From: Convolutriloba macropyga
Lineage: Eukaryota
DNA: 64,000 nucleotides
Direction of reading: 5' to 3'
Assembly: GCF_964194025.1 (NCBI RefSeq)
Contig: NC_134477.1
Coordinates: forward strand, 50,344,001 to 50,408,000
Made by a program: the position numbers and the translations under genes. This document shows positions 25,757 to 38,710 of the stretch, in pieces. A model generated the notes under the pieces. The model had not been told where the DNA came from. It searched no databases and was given only the letters and a program-made list of their open reading frames with translations. The first letter of the stretch is position 1. Every line of letters starts with the position of its first letter.

Positions 25757-28695
25757 GGACATTAAATAAATTTAGATTACGCAGAAATCAAGAGAGGTCA
25801 GGTCTGACAAAACCAACTGAAAAGCTAAAACGCTCTAGCCAAAATTGTACACAATAATTGAAACGTCCTTCAACAATAATGGTTGCAAACTTTGTTCAAG
25901 AGCAACAAGTAACCAAAAACACAAACGAACTGGCAGAAAATGATCTTTTTACGAACCTATCTGACACGCTGAAATTTGTTTTCTTTTTCTCGAACTTCAA
26001 ATTTGTCAACCCGCAGTTGTCTAGAACATTTGAAAATTTTCAAACTATCAAAATAGTCAAAGAAAACTAATTCCAATGGAAACGCCCCCCACTGCTCCGC
26101 AGAGACATTAAGGAAAAATTATGAAAAGACGTCATCTAGAAATACCTTACATAATGTTCAACTTGAAGAAAAAAGAATACAAAAGATCAATAGCAAAAAA
26201 AAACATTTAAAAATTGACAACTTGTTTAAGTTGAACGATTCCAGCAAAATGAATTCAGTTCAACAAACCCAAAACTACTATCTAGAATGAAGTTCAGAAA
26301 GCTCAAATTATTCAGGAAGCAGACTAAGACTTATTGAAAAGCAACAATAATTGACAAATACCATTAAATAAATTAAGTACAACGTTAAGTTTCTTTATCC
26401 TAATGAAACCAAAACCCTTAAAATGTAATTAAAATTAAATGATTGCTTTTTAAGTGGAAAAACAAACTAAACAAATACTTGAAAACTTTTTGTAGCAAAA
26501 GAGCAGCAGAAAGAAATTTTTTTCAAAAATCCGTCTCGTTTTCATTTAAACTCTAAACGGAGAAGTTTATAACTGATACCATAAACAATAGTAGGCATAT
26601 TTTTTAGGCGTATTTAAAACTTTATACACAAAAAGCTAAGCAAAAGTTCAATTGTCAGTAATTGGATAGATCAATCAATTTGCTTGTATTGTATCAATTG
26701 CCACACAAATGTAATCAGCTGGGTTTATATTAATTCAACGTCACTATCGTCAGTTACGAAGCTTCAAAATTTTCTGACTTACAGGCTTTCAAGCCCTTGC
26801 AGATGCAAAGAAAAATTCTCTCAAAAAAGCAGAAGCAGTTAAGGATCAAATGATAATTCAATAGGAAAATTTTATGTCGCAATAAATTTTAAGAAGAATT
26901 TATCTTAAATTTCACTTCCAGAGACAGATCTTCAAGTTGATATTACACACACCTTGGACTATGTTGCTCACAAAAAGTTCAATATCCTTTTTAAAACTGT
27001 TTACAAATAGCGTAAATTAGAAATATGAAAACGTTTCGAAAATAAGTACTGCAGTGACTTCAAATGATAAAATTAAAAATTGAAATTTGCATGATTACTT
27101 GTTAAGAACATTTAAAATGGAGCCAAAGGAAAAACATTACTGACAAAGCGGACAAATTTCTCTCAATCGACAGGTTACGCTTAGTTCGCATCAACAAGTG
27201 GGTTGCACAAGTCAAATTAAATTGAAATTATTAGAGTTCATTATAGACCTTATGAAAAATGTGAATTGCCGAAACGAAACCAATGTCGCGCAGCACTATT
27301 CATTTGACTTGTATTAGTAAACTGCTGCCTATTTATTGCACCTCCTAAAATGTGAATGAGAGGGAAATTAAGATCACGCAAAAATCAGTATTAACTCATT
27401 CGAAAAGACAAAACGTTCAAATCAAATATTTGCAAAGATAAAGAAGTCATAAATTTCGTTTGGGAGAAACTAAAAATAGTTCGGATGAATAATGGCTTCA
27501 CATGCGATGCGCAATCGCATGTTTCACCTTTTTCGAACGTTCCCTTTTTCCAATTTAATTCGACAGACGAAAAAAGCCGGTAGAATACAGAAATAGCTGC
27601 AAAATACAGCTAAGTGCCATACTAAATAGATAACAACAGGTTCTGCATTAAATGATGGAGCACTTACCACTCGACTATCAGACCCTTATGACCTCTATCA
27701 TGACCTCTTATGACCAGCTAACAATCGCTTTTGGATTAGCAAAGCAGACTTAATTTTTCAATCAGAGCAATGTAGGTCAAGCAATCAAGCGTGAAAGTGA
27801 CTCCAGAAATGAAATTAAAAAATGTTCTAGAAAGCAGTCAAGCAAAAATTCTGCATACAAAAGGCTCGGCTATCAGGGCCTTGTCATCTACTCTCTAACA
27901 AACGGTTTTCTCTAACAAACATCTACTCTCTACAACAAACTAGTTTGGAGAAAGAGTAATTGAAACCACTCAAAAAATCAAGAGTGAAAAAGTCACTTGA
28001 GAGGTCAAAGATTATTCAAGAAAAGCGCATAACGGTCAATCAAACAATTTGTATAAAAATACACACACGTTTACAATAATTACTTCTCATTCGAGTGCAA
28101 TTAAAAAAAAGATCACCGCAATATAACTATGTTCAGCTTAAAGGTACATTAACTAAACAAGTAGGAACAATAAAAATACCCCTGGACGAAATAAATATAT
28201 TGAGGTAAAATGATGAATTTGACTACTCTCAGTTTGATTTCTGATATTTTTCAAATGTTCGCTTCAATCTCATGGCACATACTATAGATTGTGAACTTCA
28301 CCAGGAGAAAAACATTGAAAAAATCAAGACCTGCAAAGACAACGCCGGTTTTCAAAGTTCTAGTTTAAAATTTTGCTTCTTTTTCTAGGCGTACTTAAAA
28401 ATTTATACACAACAGAAAGTTGTGCAGAAGTTTACACGTTAGAAATTGGGTGCGATAGATCAATCAATTTGCCTGTATTGTTTCAATTGCTATACAAGGC
28501 AGACAAAACTCGGTTTCAGCTCGGTTTCTATTAATTAAACAGTTCCGAAGCTTTAAAATTTTGAACTTAAAGGCTTTCAAGCCCTTGCAGATAACCAGCA
28601 AAGTTCTCTCAAAAAAGCAGAAGCATTCAAGAATCAAATGATAACTCGATAGGTAACAGAGTTTCTTTCAAATAACAAATTTTCATCATATCACA

Positions 28696-29663
28696 TCAGA
28701 AATCTTTAATTCTTCTGTGTCTTGGCTTCGGTCTGTCAATCTGGACTTGCTTGTATGTCATTTCTATTAGAGTTTGCCAGTATTCCATTGTCTTCGGATC
28801 CAACTCTTCCAGTTTCGGGGGTCCATTTTTCCTGGTAGGGGTGCTAGAGAAGTGTTTCAGATTCACTAAATTTGTTCAGTTCGTTATTGAACTAAAATCC
28901 TGTTCTATGTAGACTAAATATGGGTCTGGGCCAATCATAAAGCTGGCAGTTAAAAATTAACTGATCAGGACGACAAAAAATCCAGTGCCTACAAATCGCG
29001 GACCAGATGCCTGGTTAACCAGACATTTTTAGAGACCAGTGTTATAAGTTAGTACCAGATTTTCTACGCATCGAGTTATTAACGCGAGATGGTGCCTTTA
29101 GAACTGAAATTATTAATAACGGGTTCGGCGATTTAAAATTGTAAACGACAGCAAATTATATCACGGAAAATAAGGGAAAAAGACAATCGAAAAGTCAAAT
29201 AGGTCAGGCAAAAAGTTTTCTTAAAAAGACAGGGATCATTTCTGCTTGCCCCCCCCCCCACCCCTCCCAGCTTAGTGGGCTTATATCTTTAGCGCCACCC
29301 AGGCGCACGTGATTTTTTTTTTACATAGTAACGTGCTATATGACAACATATAATTTGTGACTGGAGGGCGTAAACCACTGTGAGCCAGCACAGAATAGAG
29401 AACTTAATGCCCTCTGGGCGATACATGTCTCCCGTTTTTGATGACAAAATGTTCTTGGGTCAGACGAAAAAAGGGTCAAGCGAAAAATCGCAAAGAACAC
29501 AGGACTAATATAATTACTACAAACTTTGTTTGAGAGCAATTAACCAGTATAACCACCTCATAATATAACCATTAACATCTCAAAACTGCTCTCAAACTAT
29601 CGGAGGGCGCTCAATTTCTATTGTAGCCTGCTTCACAGATAGATGTAGGGATGAGGAGGAAGA

Positions 29664-29694
<31 letters not shown>

Positions 29695-31848
29695 GAGGAG
29701 GAGGAGGAGGAGGAGGAGGAGGAGGAGGAGGAGGAGGAGGAGGAGGAGCTTGGAGTAGAGAGATAGGCTTAAGATTACCAAGGTTCGTAAGATGACTTAA
29801 TTAGAAGTTATAGGCCACTATTCAGATTTAAAGTGAAAAATTGAATCCAATTTTGGCACTGATTTGATTTAATCAGCTCTCGTTGCAATAGCAACAGTTG
29901 CATAACTTCCAGGCAAAATTAAACGTTAACGCCAAATTAACAAAAAATCGGCTTCGTCATTTGACTACGAGTTTATTACTACTCTTACCTTTTAAACTAC
30001 ATATAAAATTTGGGATCTTTTCAGTTTGTGCCCCCCATGTTTGGAAGAAAACAGCAATAAAATAAAAAGGCGGGGAACATTCTTCGAGCTAATTATTCCT
30101 GTTTTTAGATAACGTGTTGAAAAAATTTAAGTCCGGTAACAGCAGAATTTTGCAAAAATTGTCAACTGACCTAAAAATGGAACTGAAAACTCAAAAGAAA
30201 CTTTAATAGGTAAAATAATTCTAAGAAAATGAATAGAATTTCAGCTACCACAACATACGCATGAAGCTGAAAAAAGCCACATTTAAAAAAACACCGAGAC
30301 GGTTATCTTAGCGATTCATTCAGATTAATCATTTTTGAAAAAAAAAACAGATAAGTCCGCTACAAACAATAACATTTAAAAAATCGGATCTTGGTCGCCC
30401 ACAAATATGAGAAACTACACAAATTGAGTTTCAATTAGATTTAGAGTCACAAATCCATAAAGTGTGTGAAGAAGTTATTTCTTAGACTGAGGTAAGCTCA
30501 GCTTTGATTTAAAAACAGAAACCAACTAACTTCGGAAAAATTGCTCTCGAATGACAGGCAGCGCAATTAAATTCAGGGGCTGTAGCCTAGATAAATTTTT
30601 CTTTATGAGTGCAAAAACATCAGCCGAAGGTACAATTCGAACCCCGACATCTTGAGTCTGATTCCGTAACCTCGATGGATGGATTAACCAATCGGCTATC
30701 AGGGCCTTGTCATCTACTCTCCAACAGTCGGTTTTGTTTGATCAAAAAACTTTATTTCGGAGTGAGAGCAATTGGAACCACTCAAAAATCAAGAAGTGCG
30801 TGAAAAAGTTACTTGAGAAGTCAAAGATTATTCTAGAACAAAACGGTCAAGCGAAAAATCACATCTGGCCTGAAAACTCGAGCGAAAATAAATTTGGAAA
30901 ACATTTAAATAAAAAATCACTGCGTAATCAAGAAACGTCCAAATTCCACACAAAAGCTATTTCTTGCAATGAAGCGCTCTCTACGTCATAACACACTCTT
31001 GAACTTTCCGCTCAATAGTCGACACATTCTGAAAGTGCTTCCGCAAAAACCGTAAAACTTTACTCTTATTGTGCAATTACAATAGGTGAAAGCACCCCTT
31101 TTGAAAGCTGTTTTTTCAACAACTAGGTGAGACACTTCCCTTATTTGCCATAACCACTCAGGATATTCCGAATCATCCTGTAAAATGGGAGCGTCTTCTT
31201 TGTCTTTGTAGACTTGTGATCCAACACACATTTTGGTCAGTGTGCCTGGATCTTGAGGAAGGGTGATATTAGCACCAGTCGAAGTAGCTCCCCCTTTGGA
31301 ACCTAAAATTATTATAATTTATCTAGCAAGAGATTTACCATCGGATCTACAATCAGCCAGTTGTTTCCGACATCGGCTCCATAATATTCAAACATGAGGA
31401 AACGAGGTGATAAGTTGGTTCTTTCCATTTGAGCCCCCTTATGGTGATTACCAGCTGTACGTTACATGACCACTACTTACCTCCTGTGCCACCTATGACC
31501 ACCAAGATACCAACTACATGTGTATTGAATCTTTCTAGCTATTACCCCCCCCCCCCCCCCACCACCGTACGCTATCCGCATCCACTTATAGAACATGTGC
31601 CATTACATTGAACAATGTGTTAATATACAACGAGTTCCTAGGGATTCAGAAAATGTGCAGCAACTACGCCGTGGGTCACAAAATTACTGCTGATTAGGTA
31701 AAATTCTTGCTGATTAAAAGTGCGGTATAGATAGCCGTAACGTACCTATTCGAACAGCTCCTGGACGTGCTTTAGCAAAGAGAGGTCTGCACGTGCAGCT
31801 AAAACAACGCACAGCTGTCAAGGCAACAACAGCTGTAGTCATTGACAT
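28696..31848 (-). CDS. MRPL54: Mitochondrial large ribosomal subunit protein mL54 (137 aa)
   Basis: Exons 31848-31746 (transit-peptide-like MSMTTAVVALTAVRCFS...), 31302-31140 (CVGSQVYKDKEDAPILQDDSEYPEWLWQI) and 28843-28696 (GPPKLEELDPKTMEYW...*). EYPEWL and GPPK.LEELDP...EYW match mL54. The intron-2 donor appears non-canonical. Confidence 0.88.
29260..30040. mobile_element. Dispersed (GGA)n element, copy 2, with a HINE-A fragment (~29390-29541) inside
   Basis: Homologous to 3767-3794 plus 4908-5465. GGA tract at ~29650-29748. Lies in MRPL54 intron 2. Confidence 0.7.
30515..30865 (-). mobile_element. HINE-A-like element with a tRNA-derived (A/B box) segment
   Basis: The left end accaactaacttcgg..aattgctctc resembles the family-A terminus. 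The minus strand reads GGCCCTGATAGCCGATTGGTTAA...GGGGTTCGAAT. A partial second copy is at ~27865-28030. Confidence 0.5.
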
Positions 31849-32779
31849 CCCTCACATCTGAAAAGATTCAAAATATTACAGCTTCCTTATGGAAGAAGAC
31901 CTATTAGTTCTCCAATTTAGTATCAAAAATTTACTGACGAGAAAACCTGATCGGTGAAAAGCTGTATGGCAATATATGCAGAACGGGATGGTATATTATC
32001 ATTTGTGACATATTAGACAAACATCGAACGAAACGAATTAATCTTAACGATAAGCGGGGAAATCGATTGTAACTTATTTGAAGGGGCGGGAAAAGTATCA
32101 AATTGCTGTGTGCCTGTCGTATAAAATTCATGGCCCAAAACTACACATGCAAATTAAAATTGAGAGAAAAAACAGCAACTCGGAGTGGCCACGAAAACGG
32201 TGCATCACACCCAATATACCAAGCATCTCCCCGTTACGGCTTGCATTAGCAAGAGCCCAAAACCTCTGCTGAGAAATTATTAGCAACTGCTGAGAAAATT
32301 GATTTTATACTATATTATTACCTGTGCAATGTACAAAATTGATCAAATCAGTGCAGATCAAACGGCACACAACAAGCATATTTGAATTTAAAAGAGACAT
32401 TTAAAAATAATCAATATAACAGTGATTTCCAAAAATAACTAGGTCTTTCTTTAAACGCTTCTTTAAACGCTAATAACATTCTTTAAACGCTCTATGACGA
32501 AAACTAGAGGCGGTAGAGGGGTCAAACTTTCTATACATTCATAGTACTCCACCAACTGATGACCTGACACGTAATAATTCAATTTTGAAAATTTTCCTTA
32601 GTTTCTTCTTTTGACTAATATTTTAAATGATTTTGTTGCGAAGTACCTGCGAGATGAAAAAGTAAACATGGCATTATCATTTACGAAGTCCAGAAAATAA
32701 AGTCCATGCACTGCTTCTAATATTCATTTAAACCGCTTCCGTGCAATTTGTTTGTTTGTATTCAACCAGTTTTTTAAGC

Positions 32780-33519
32780 AATATAAAGCGATCAACTAAC
32801 GCCGGAAGAACTGCGTTAAACACAAATAAACAGTTCGTTAGAGCTGATAACACCTGCTCAACTATAGAACTCTTACTAGCGGTGTACCTTAGTGGTCCCT
32901 ACTGGGGCCTTTTTGTCCCGGATCTTCAATAATGATCTCCCTCGCGCTGTAGTTTTCCCCGAAATGTATTCAACATAAAAGTATCGTCTTCAGGGAACTT
33001 AGAAGAGAAGTTCGAATCGATCTTGCAGGAATCGAGGAGTGGGTCACCGATCACAAAATGGAAGTGGCAGCAAGCAAAAGCTCCAAATTTTTTCTTCAGA
33101 AGCGTCCAGAAGTACTCTCAGCTCTTCGGTGAAAAACTGATGTCATCAACAATAGTCCAAGACCTCGGAATTCTTGTTTCCAATTACCTAAACTGGACCA
33201 ATCATGTTAAAAAGACCAATTTTCGACATGGCGCGAAATGTCGCGGCCAAAGTACGATGGTGAGTGATACTGGCTCTTTACAAATCAGTAATTCTACCAG
33301 TTCTCCTGTTTGGCTTTTCCTGTTCTCAGTTGTCAGGTGATGATCTCGAGAGATTTCAGAAAGCATTTTGAAGGATATGTGGAGCAAGTAGCGAATACCT
33401 TACCTAACACACCTGAGGGTTTTAATCTTTACCCTTGTACATCCAGCTGAGTAAACTGATTCTTCACTCAGAAAAGTCAGAAGAGAAAAAGGAGAGGAAA
33501 ATTTAGCTTCAAGCTGCAA
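32780..33519 (+). mobile_element. Degenerate CR1/L2-like LINE RT fragment
   Basis: Disrupted GVP*.SLLGP...NDLP and VQDLGILVSNYLNWTNHVKK motifs. Confidence 0.6.
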
Positions 33520-35300
33520 TCCCGAGAGGGAACTACTCAAGGCGACCCACTTGCAATGGCAATGTATGGACTAGCTATTTTTCCCCTCATCGAAAAGGTT
33601 TCCGACGACAACCTGATTCAAAAATGGTACGCGGATGACGGAAACGCCGCCGGATCGGTCGAAGCGCCGAAAGTCCTTCTATCGAAGTTGAAACTGCATG
33701 GTTCTTCATTCGGTTATAATGTTATCAAATGCCATTTCATCACCAAAGCAGAGTTCGTCAATGACGCAAAAAACGTGTTTAAAGGTGAAGAAGTAGATAT
33801 TATTGATGGATCAAGAGTCCTTGGATCTGTTATCGGAAACGTGGTCTCCTGCAGACAATACATAGAAGATCAAAAGCAAAACTATCTACGTGTATTGCAA
33901 AAATTAGCCAAACACGCGAAAATTGCAGCTCAAAATGTGTACAAATTCTTGACGAACTCTGTGCAGCATAAATTAACCTTCTTATCGAGGACAACGCCAG
34001 ACACGTTCGACTTGTTGGAAGAAGCCGACGAGACCTATCGCGACATATTTTCACTCCCCGTACGCGAAGGTGGACTCAACATCATTCGCCCTGAAGTTCT
34101 CGAATACGAACGTTCAAAAACCATTTCAGAGCCGCTATCCCTCGGGGACGTATCAAACATCGAGTCCGAACAATTAAAAAGAGTTGAGAAGATCAGAAAA
34201 GACAAATCAGTGAAAATGATTGAGAAAAAATCCAGAATTAAAAACTGTTTGAATGCAAACAAAATGTATGCAATTGATCTAGCCTCTGAAAAAGGAGCTC
34301 CATGTTGGCTTAATGCCATGCCATTGAAAAAGTACTTGCCATTGAAAAACTTCAATCTGTCCAAGTCTGAATTCCGAGATGGTATTGCTCTTCGGTATGG
34401 TTGGGAGCCCCCCAAACTTGCGTCCATTTGTGTTTGTGGCGAGCCGTTCACAGTTGCCCATGCCCTTCACTGTCCCAGAGGCGGGTATACCCACTTAAGA
34501 CATAACGACATCCGTGACTCTTTCGCCAATCTGCTTGAGGAAATTTGTTTTGATGTTGAAATTGAGCCTAATCTTCTGCCGTTGCAAGGTGAGTCCTTTG
34601 CAAATAAAACTACCAGCACTGAAGATGACGCACGATTGGATACTAAAGCCAATGACCTCTGGGACAGCAGATTCACAAAAACGTTTTTCGATGTAAAAAT
34701 CTTCAACCCCTTTGCCAAAAGCTGCCCGAAAATATCGAAGACGCGTATAGCTACCATGAAAATATCAAAAAAATTGAAATACGAGCCTCGAGTTATAAAT
34801 GTTGAGAAGGGCACTTTCAGTCCCTTGATTTTTTCTTGCACAGGAGGAGCAGGGCCTTCAGCAACTCGGGTGATAAAGCAAGCTGCCAGCAAACTGAGCC
34901 TTAAGAACGACGACTCCTACGCCAACATCATCACGTTTATCCGAACGAAAATCAGCTTTGCGCTACTCTGGAGCTCCGTACTCTGCCTGCGCGGTTCCCG
35001 CTCGCTCCGAAGACCGCAGCCGGTCGAGGCTTCCATGGGGGCGGTTGTCGAGGAAGGGAGGCTTTTAAGTTGATACTCCTTTATTTGATTTTCTTTTAGA
35101 TTTGTTTTACGTTCTGATAATTTTTATCTCACTTTAAGTTGATTGCTGGTTTGTAGCAAACCCTTCGCTGTACCCAACCTTCTCTCATCTCCTTTTTAAA
35201 TTCGTTCTTTTTCTTAACTGGTACCGATTGAACTAATTTCTGCCACCATTTTTGTAAATACTGTTCTCGACCTTTCTGTAACTGTTCTGATTAAACCTCA
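33520..35300 (+). mobile_element. 5'-truncated CRE-clade-like non-LTR retrotransposon (RT, Zn finger, restriction-like endonuclease)
   Basis: EGTTQGDPLAMAMYG, WYADDG, CVCG...HALHC, RHNDIRD, DARLD...FFDVKIFNP, KKLKYE; T-rich 3' UTR. The right boundary is approximate. Confidence 0.85.
33556..35073 (+). CDS. CRE-like RT/RLE ORF fragment (505 aa, partial)
   Basis: ORF track 33556..35073; motifs as above; lacks the N-terminal half of the RT. Confidence 0.75.
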   Translation: MAMYGLAIFPLIEKVSDDNLIQKWYADDGNAAGSVEAPKVLLSKLKLHGSSFGYNVIKCHFITKAEFVNDAKNVFKGEEVDIIDGSRVLGSVIGNVVSCRQYIEDQKQNYLRVLQKLAKHAKIAAQNVYKFLTNSVQHKLTFLSRTTPDTFDLLEEADETYRDIFSLPVREGGLNIIRPEVLEYERSKTISEPLSLGDVSNIESEQLKRVEKIRKDKSVKMIEKKSRIKNCLNANKMYAIDLASEKGAPCWLNAMPLKKYLPLKNFNLSKSEFRDGIALRYGWEPPKLASICVCGEPFTVAHALHCPRGGYTHLRHNDIRDSFANLLEEICFDVEIEPNLLPLQGESFANKTTSTEDDARLDTKANDLWDSRFTKTFFDVKIFNPFAKSCPKISKTRIATMKISKKLKYEPRVINVEKGTFSPLIFSCTGGAGPSATRVIKQAASKLSLKNDDSYANIITFIRTKISFALLWSSVLCLRGSRSLRRPQPVEASMGAVVEEGRLLS

Positions 35301-36819
35301 CATACATTTTGTCTATATGCCATTGTAGTTTGTTCCATTCTAATTCAAGCTGAACAAGATTCTGAACCGTATTCATCCAATGGTGAAATGAATTAACCCA
35401 GTGGGACTCAAGATTCGGCTAATTACTCTGGTGCGGAAATTTGTCCATGAAAATTTCTCTGAACCGAATGCCGGCACTTGGCAGTTGCAATATGTGACTG
35501 CAACAACTGAAGAAACAACTCGACGACGTTGTAATTAACTGCAATGGAAAAATCACCTCAGCATAAACTATAACCAACAACTGCAAATTTTTAAATAAAA
35601 ATGCAATTTCTTCGCACTTTTTAGTTGATTTTTACTAGTGAAATGCTGCCACATAAGCTGCTTAAACTTTTGAATGCGAGAAATTTGGATCACGCAGAAC
35701 AAAAATGTCAAGGGCGAAAAGTCAAAAATTTAACATAATTGCTTCAAACTGGTCCGAGAGCAATTAAGCAGAACTTTCAGGTCAGGCCGATTTCACATAA
35801 ATTATTTGGTCATTATCGATCGGCAAACTTTAAAGTGAACTCATTGATGTAGAAAATGAAAAACAACGGTGTCCAAAATCAAACATTCCATAATCCCTGT
35901 AACTAATAACTTCACCTCCGTTTACGGCAAATAAAAATATAGTCGGTAAATTGTCGAAAAATACCCGCCTTGGAAAAAGGAGAAAATGACCTGCCTACCT
36001 AGCTACCTTTCCCAAGTTTCAAGAGTACTAATTCCAGTTTCAGTTATATTCAAAAACTATACATAAATCTACTTCTAAACTGAAAGCTATTCAGTTTTTT
36101 AGATATGTCAGCCAGAAATCGCTCTAACGGTCTTTGATAACCTAATGCACAATAACTTAATGACAGGGCTTTATCCCGTTTCCTTTGATTTTTGTTTTTT
36201 GACATTGACCGTATTCACTCCATTACGCAATTCAATGCGTGAAAGTATTTAAAATCGATTACGTTGAAACAGTAAGTTATGAGTCGAACGTAAAAATCGT
36301 GACATTCGTAAAAGAAAAACCTGATCAAAATGTCAAGCGAATTGAAAAACATAGCATAACGAGTCCTGACACAATTCAAAGAACTTGCATTGACTAAAAA
36401 ACCTAGACCTAGGATGGACTATGGATGGATTGAAAAAACCAATTAGAAAAAAAAATCAAGTTCAAAATTTTGGAAAAGCAGTAAATATCAATGTCAAAAA
36501 GGCACAAACAACAGACGAAGCGGGTTTTTGTTCAAACACCGTTTTCTAAGTCTACTTTAAAATCAGAGCGAAAAAAATCACGCTGCAAAACTTTGCCTTT
36601 TCGCAGCACTTCTGTTTCGGTGTAACTAAAATCATGACTTCAAAAATAATTAAATCTTTAAAAAATATATAGCCGAAAGATTTCGGAACCGACTCGAACT
36701 GGATATTCACTTAGTCCCGGTCAGCCACTGATCAACCAAAAATAGCCTCTACTCATTTATGGTTATTTTGTAAAACAAAAAAAAAACAGTAAGAACAAGT
36801 CGCCACTCCGAAAAAAATA

Positions 36820-38710
36820 ATGGAGCGGTCGGCTTCGTCAGTACCTAGCCACTGTTTAGTGAGGTTAGCTTTAGCTTGATTGAAGTGGCCTTGGATTAGG
36901 GTAATAGACCATGACATCACGCCACATAACAGCCGCTGAAGTGCGGCATCAACAAAAGAATTAAGGAGAGAGAGAGAGCTTAAACGTGAGCAAGGAGGAA
37001 AAAAACGCCAGCCAACACATAGAGAGCGAGAGAGAACTAGGAATTTTTTCCATGATGAGATTTGACTCTACATTTTCAAGTTTTCTAAACTTGTTAGTAA
37101 CTAAATCATATAGAAAAAAACTGAAAGTGCAAAATTCCAAGGAAAAGTTTCCACATTTCGCAGTAAAGAAAATGTTCAAAAACATTTTTTGTCTCTTGAT
37201 TTTTTTCAGGTAACACATCTGCAAGATTTAAAAAGCATCGTTGACCTGTAATGATCGCTAAACTCAGAAAAGGATAAAAAAAATTCAAAAATTTTAAAAC
37301 CAATTGCATATTTTAACAAAATCTTGCTGAAATTCGTCATATTAATATCTTCAGAACACCATTTCGTTTTCTCAAGAGACCATCTAGTAAGCCCATTTCA
37401 TGCCTTAAACAGTTTCACTGGCTCATAAAGATCCAATCACTTGGAACGTGATAATTTTTCAAAAATTTTTCAAATTAAAAGTTATCAAAAAAATTCTAAA
37501 ACTCGAGTTATTAAAATAATGATAACAGCAGCAGCTTAGTATCAAACCTCGAAGGAGGCTTCTTAGCTCTTGAGGCTGGAAAAAAATCAGAAAAAAAATA
37601 AACAATTCAAAAAACATGAAGATTACCAAAAATTTTTCAAAAAAATGCTAAAACTCGTTAAACGTTAAAATCTTTAAAAACACTCCATTGCATCTAGAAA
37701 CTATCCAATAACTAGTTATCAAACTCTAGAGGAGGTTCCTTGGCTCTTGAGGCCAGATAAACCTATAAAATGACAAAAATTGTCAAAAAAATTGCAAGTT
37801 TTTTAAAAACAAATCGATAAAATTTGTGATATTAAAAAATTGAAAACCACCACTACCACTCCATTACCACTTAAAACTATGCATTCACATATTATCAAAC
37901 CTTAAGCAGGTTTTCTGAACCCTGAGGCTGAAAAATCTTGAATAATGACAATAAATGTTCAAAAAAATTCTAAAAATCGTGATGTTAAAATCTTGAAAAA
38001 AGTCCATTATGTCTATATTAAGTAACCTATCATTAAACCCTAGAGGAGGCTACTTGGCTGTTGAGGCCAGATTAACCTAAAAACCGACGAAACTTTTCAA
38101 AAACCTTGAAAAAAATTGCAAAAGTTTTTTTCAAAAAATTGCAAAACTTCGCGAATTGGAAATGTTGAAACCATTCTATTACCACTAGAAACTGTGCAGT
38201 AACCTATAATCAAACCATAACATCTAGGGTTCCTTGAAATCTAGGGTTGATAAAACTCAAAAATTTGACAACAATTTTACAAAAATGACAAAAATTTTCA
38301 AAAAGCTTGAAAAAAATTGTAAAAATTTGTATAAATTTGCGTGTTTTTAGCGAGCGGTTTTTCGTCAATAGCTAGCCATGGGGGATGCTGATGGGGGTGG
38401 CAACATTCCAGTGGGGGGACAGCGCTGTGGGGGGAGGGGGTGGGTGCAATGGTGGGGGGGGGTCTTCAACCTCTAAGAACCGCTCTTCACACCATAGTTA
38501 TAAGTCTCTAAAACAGTTTGAGCTGAAACAGAGCTGAAAGGCTCTAAGAGCACTTAATGCCCGCTGGGCGCTACCTGTTTATCCCGTTTCTGAGGACGAA
38601 AATTCAAAAGCGTCAGACGTAAAAATCGGTCAAGCGAAAAACGAAAAATCACATAAAAAGAAGACCGACAGGACTAATATAATTGCTACAAACTTCGTTT
38701 GAGAGCAATT
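36820..38710 (-). mobile_element. HINE-like family A long copy with degenerate ~180-bp internal repeats
   Basis: Colinear with 50361-51803; ends aattgctacaaacttcgtttgagagcaatt. Confidence 0.75.
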
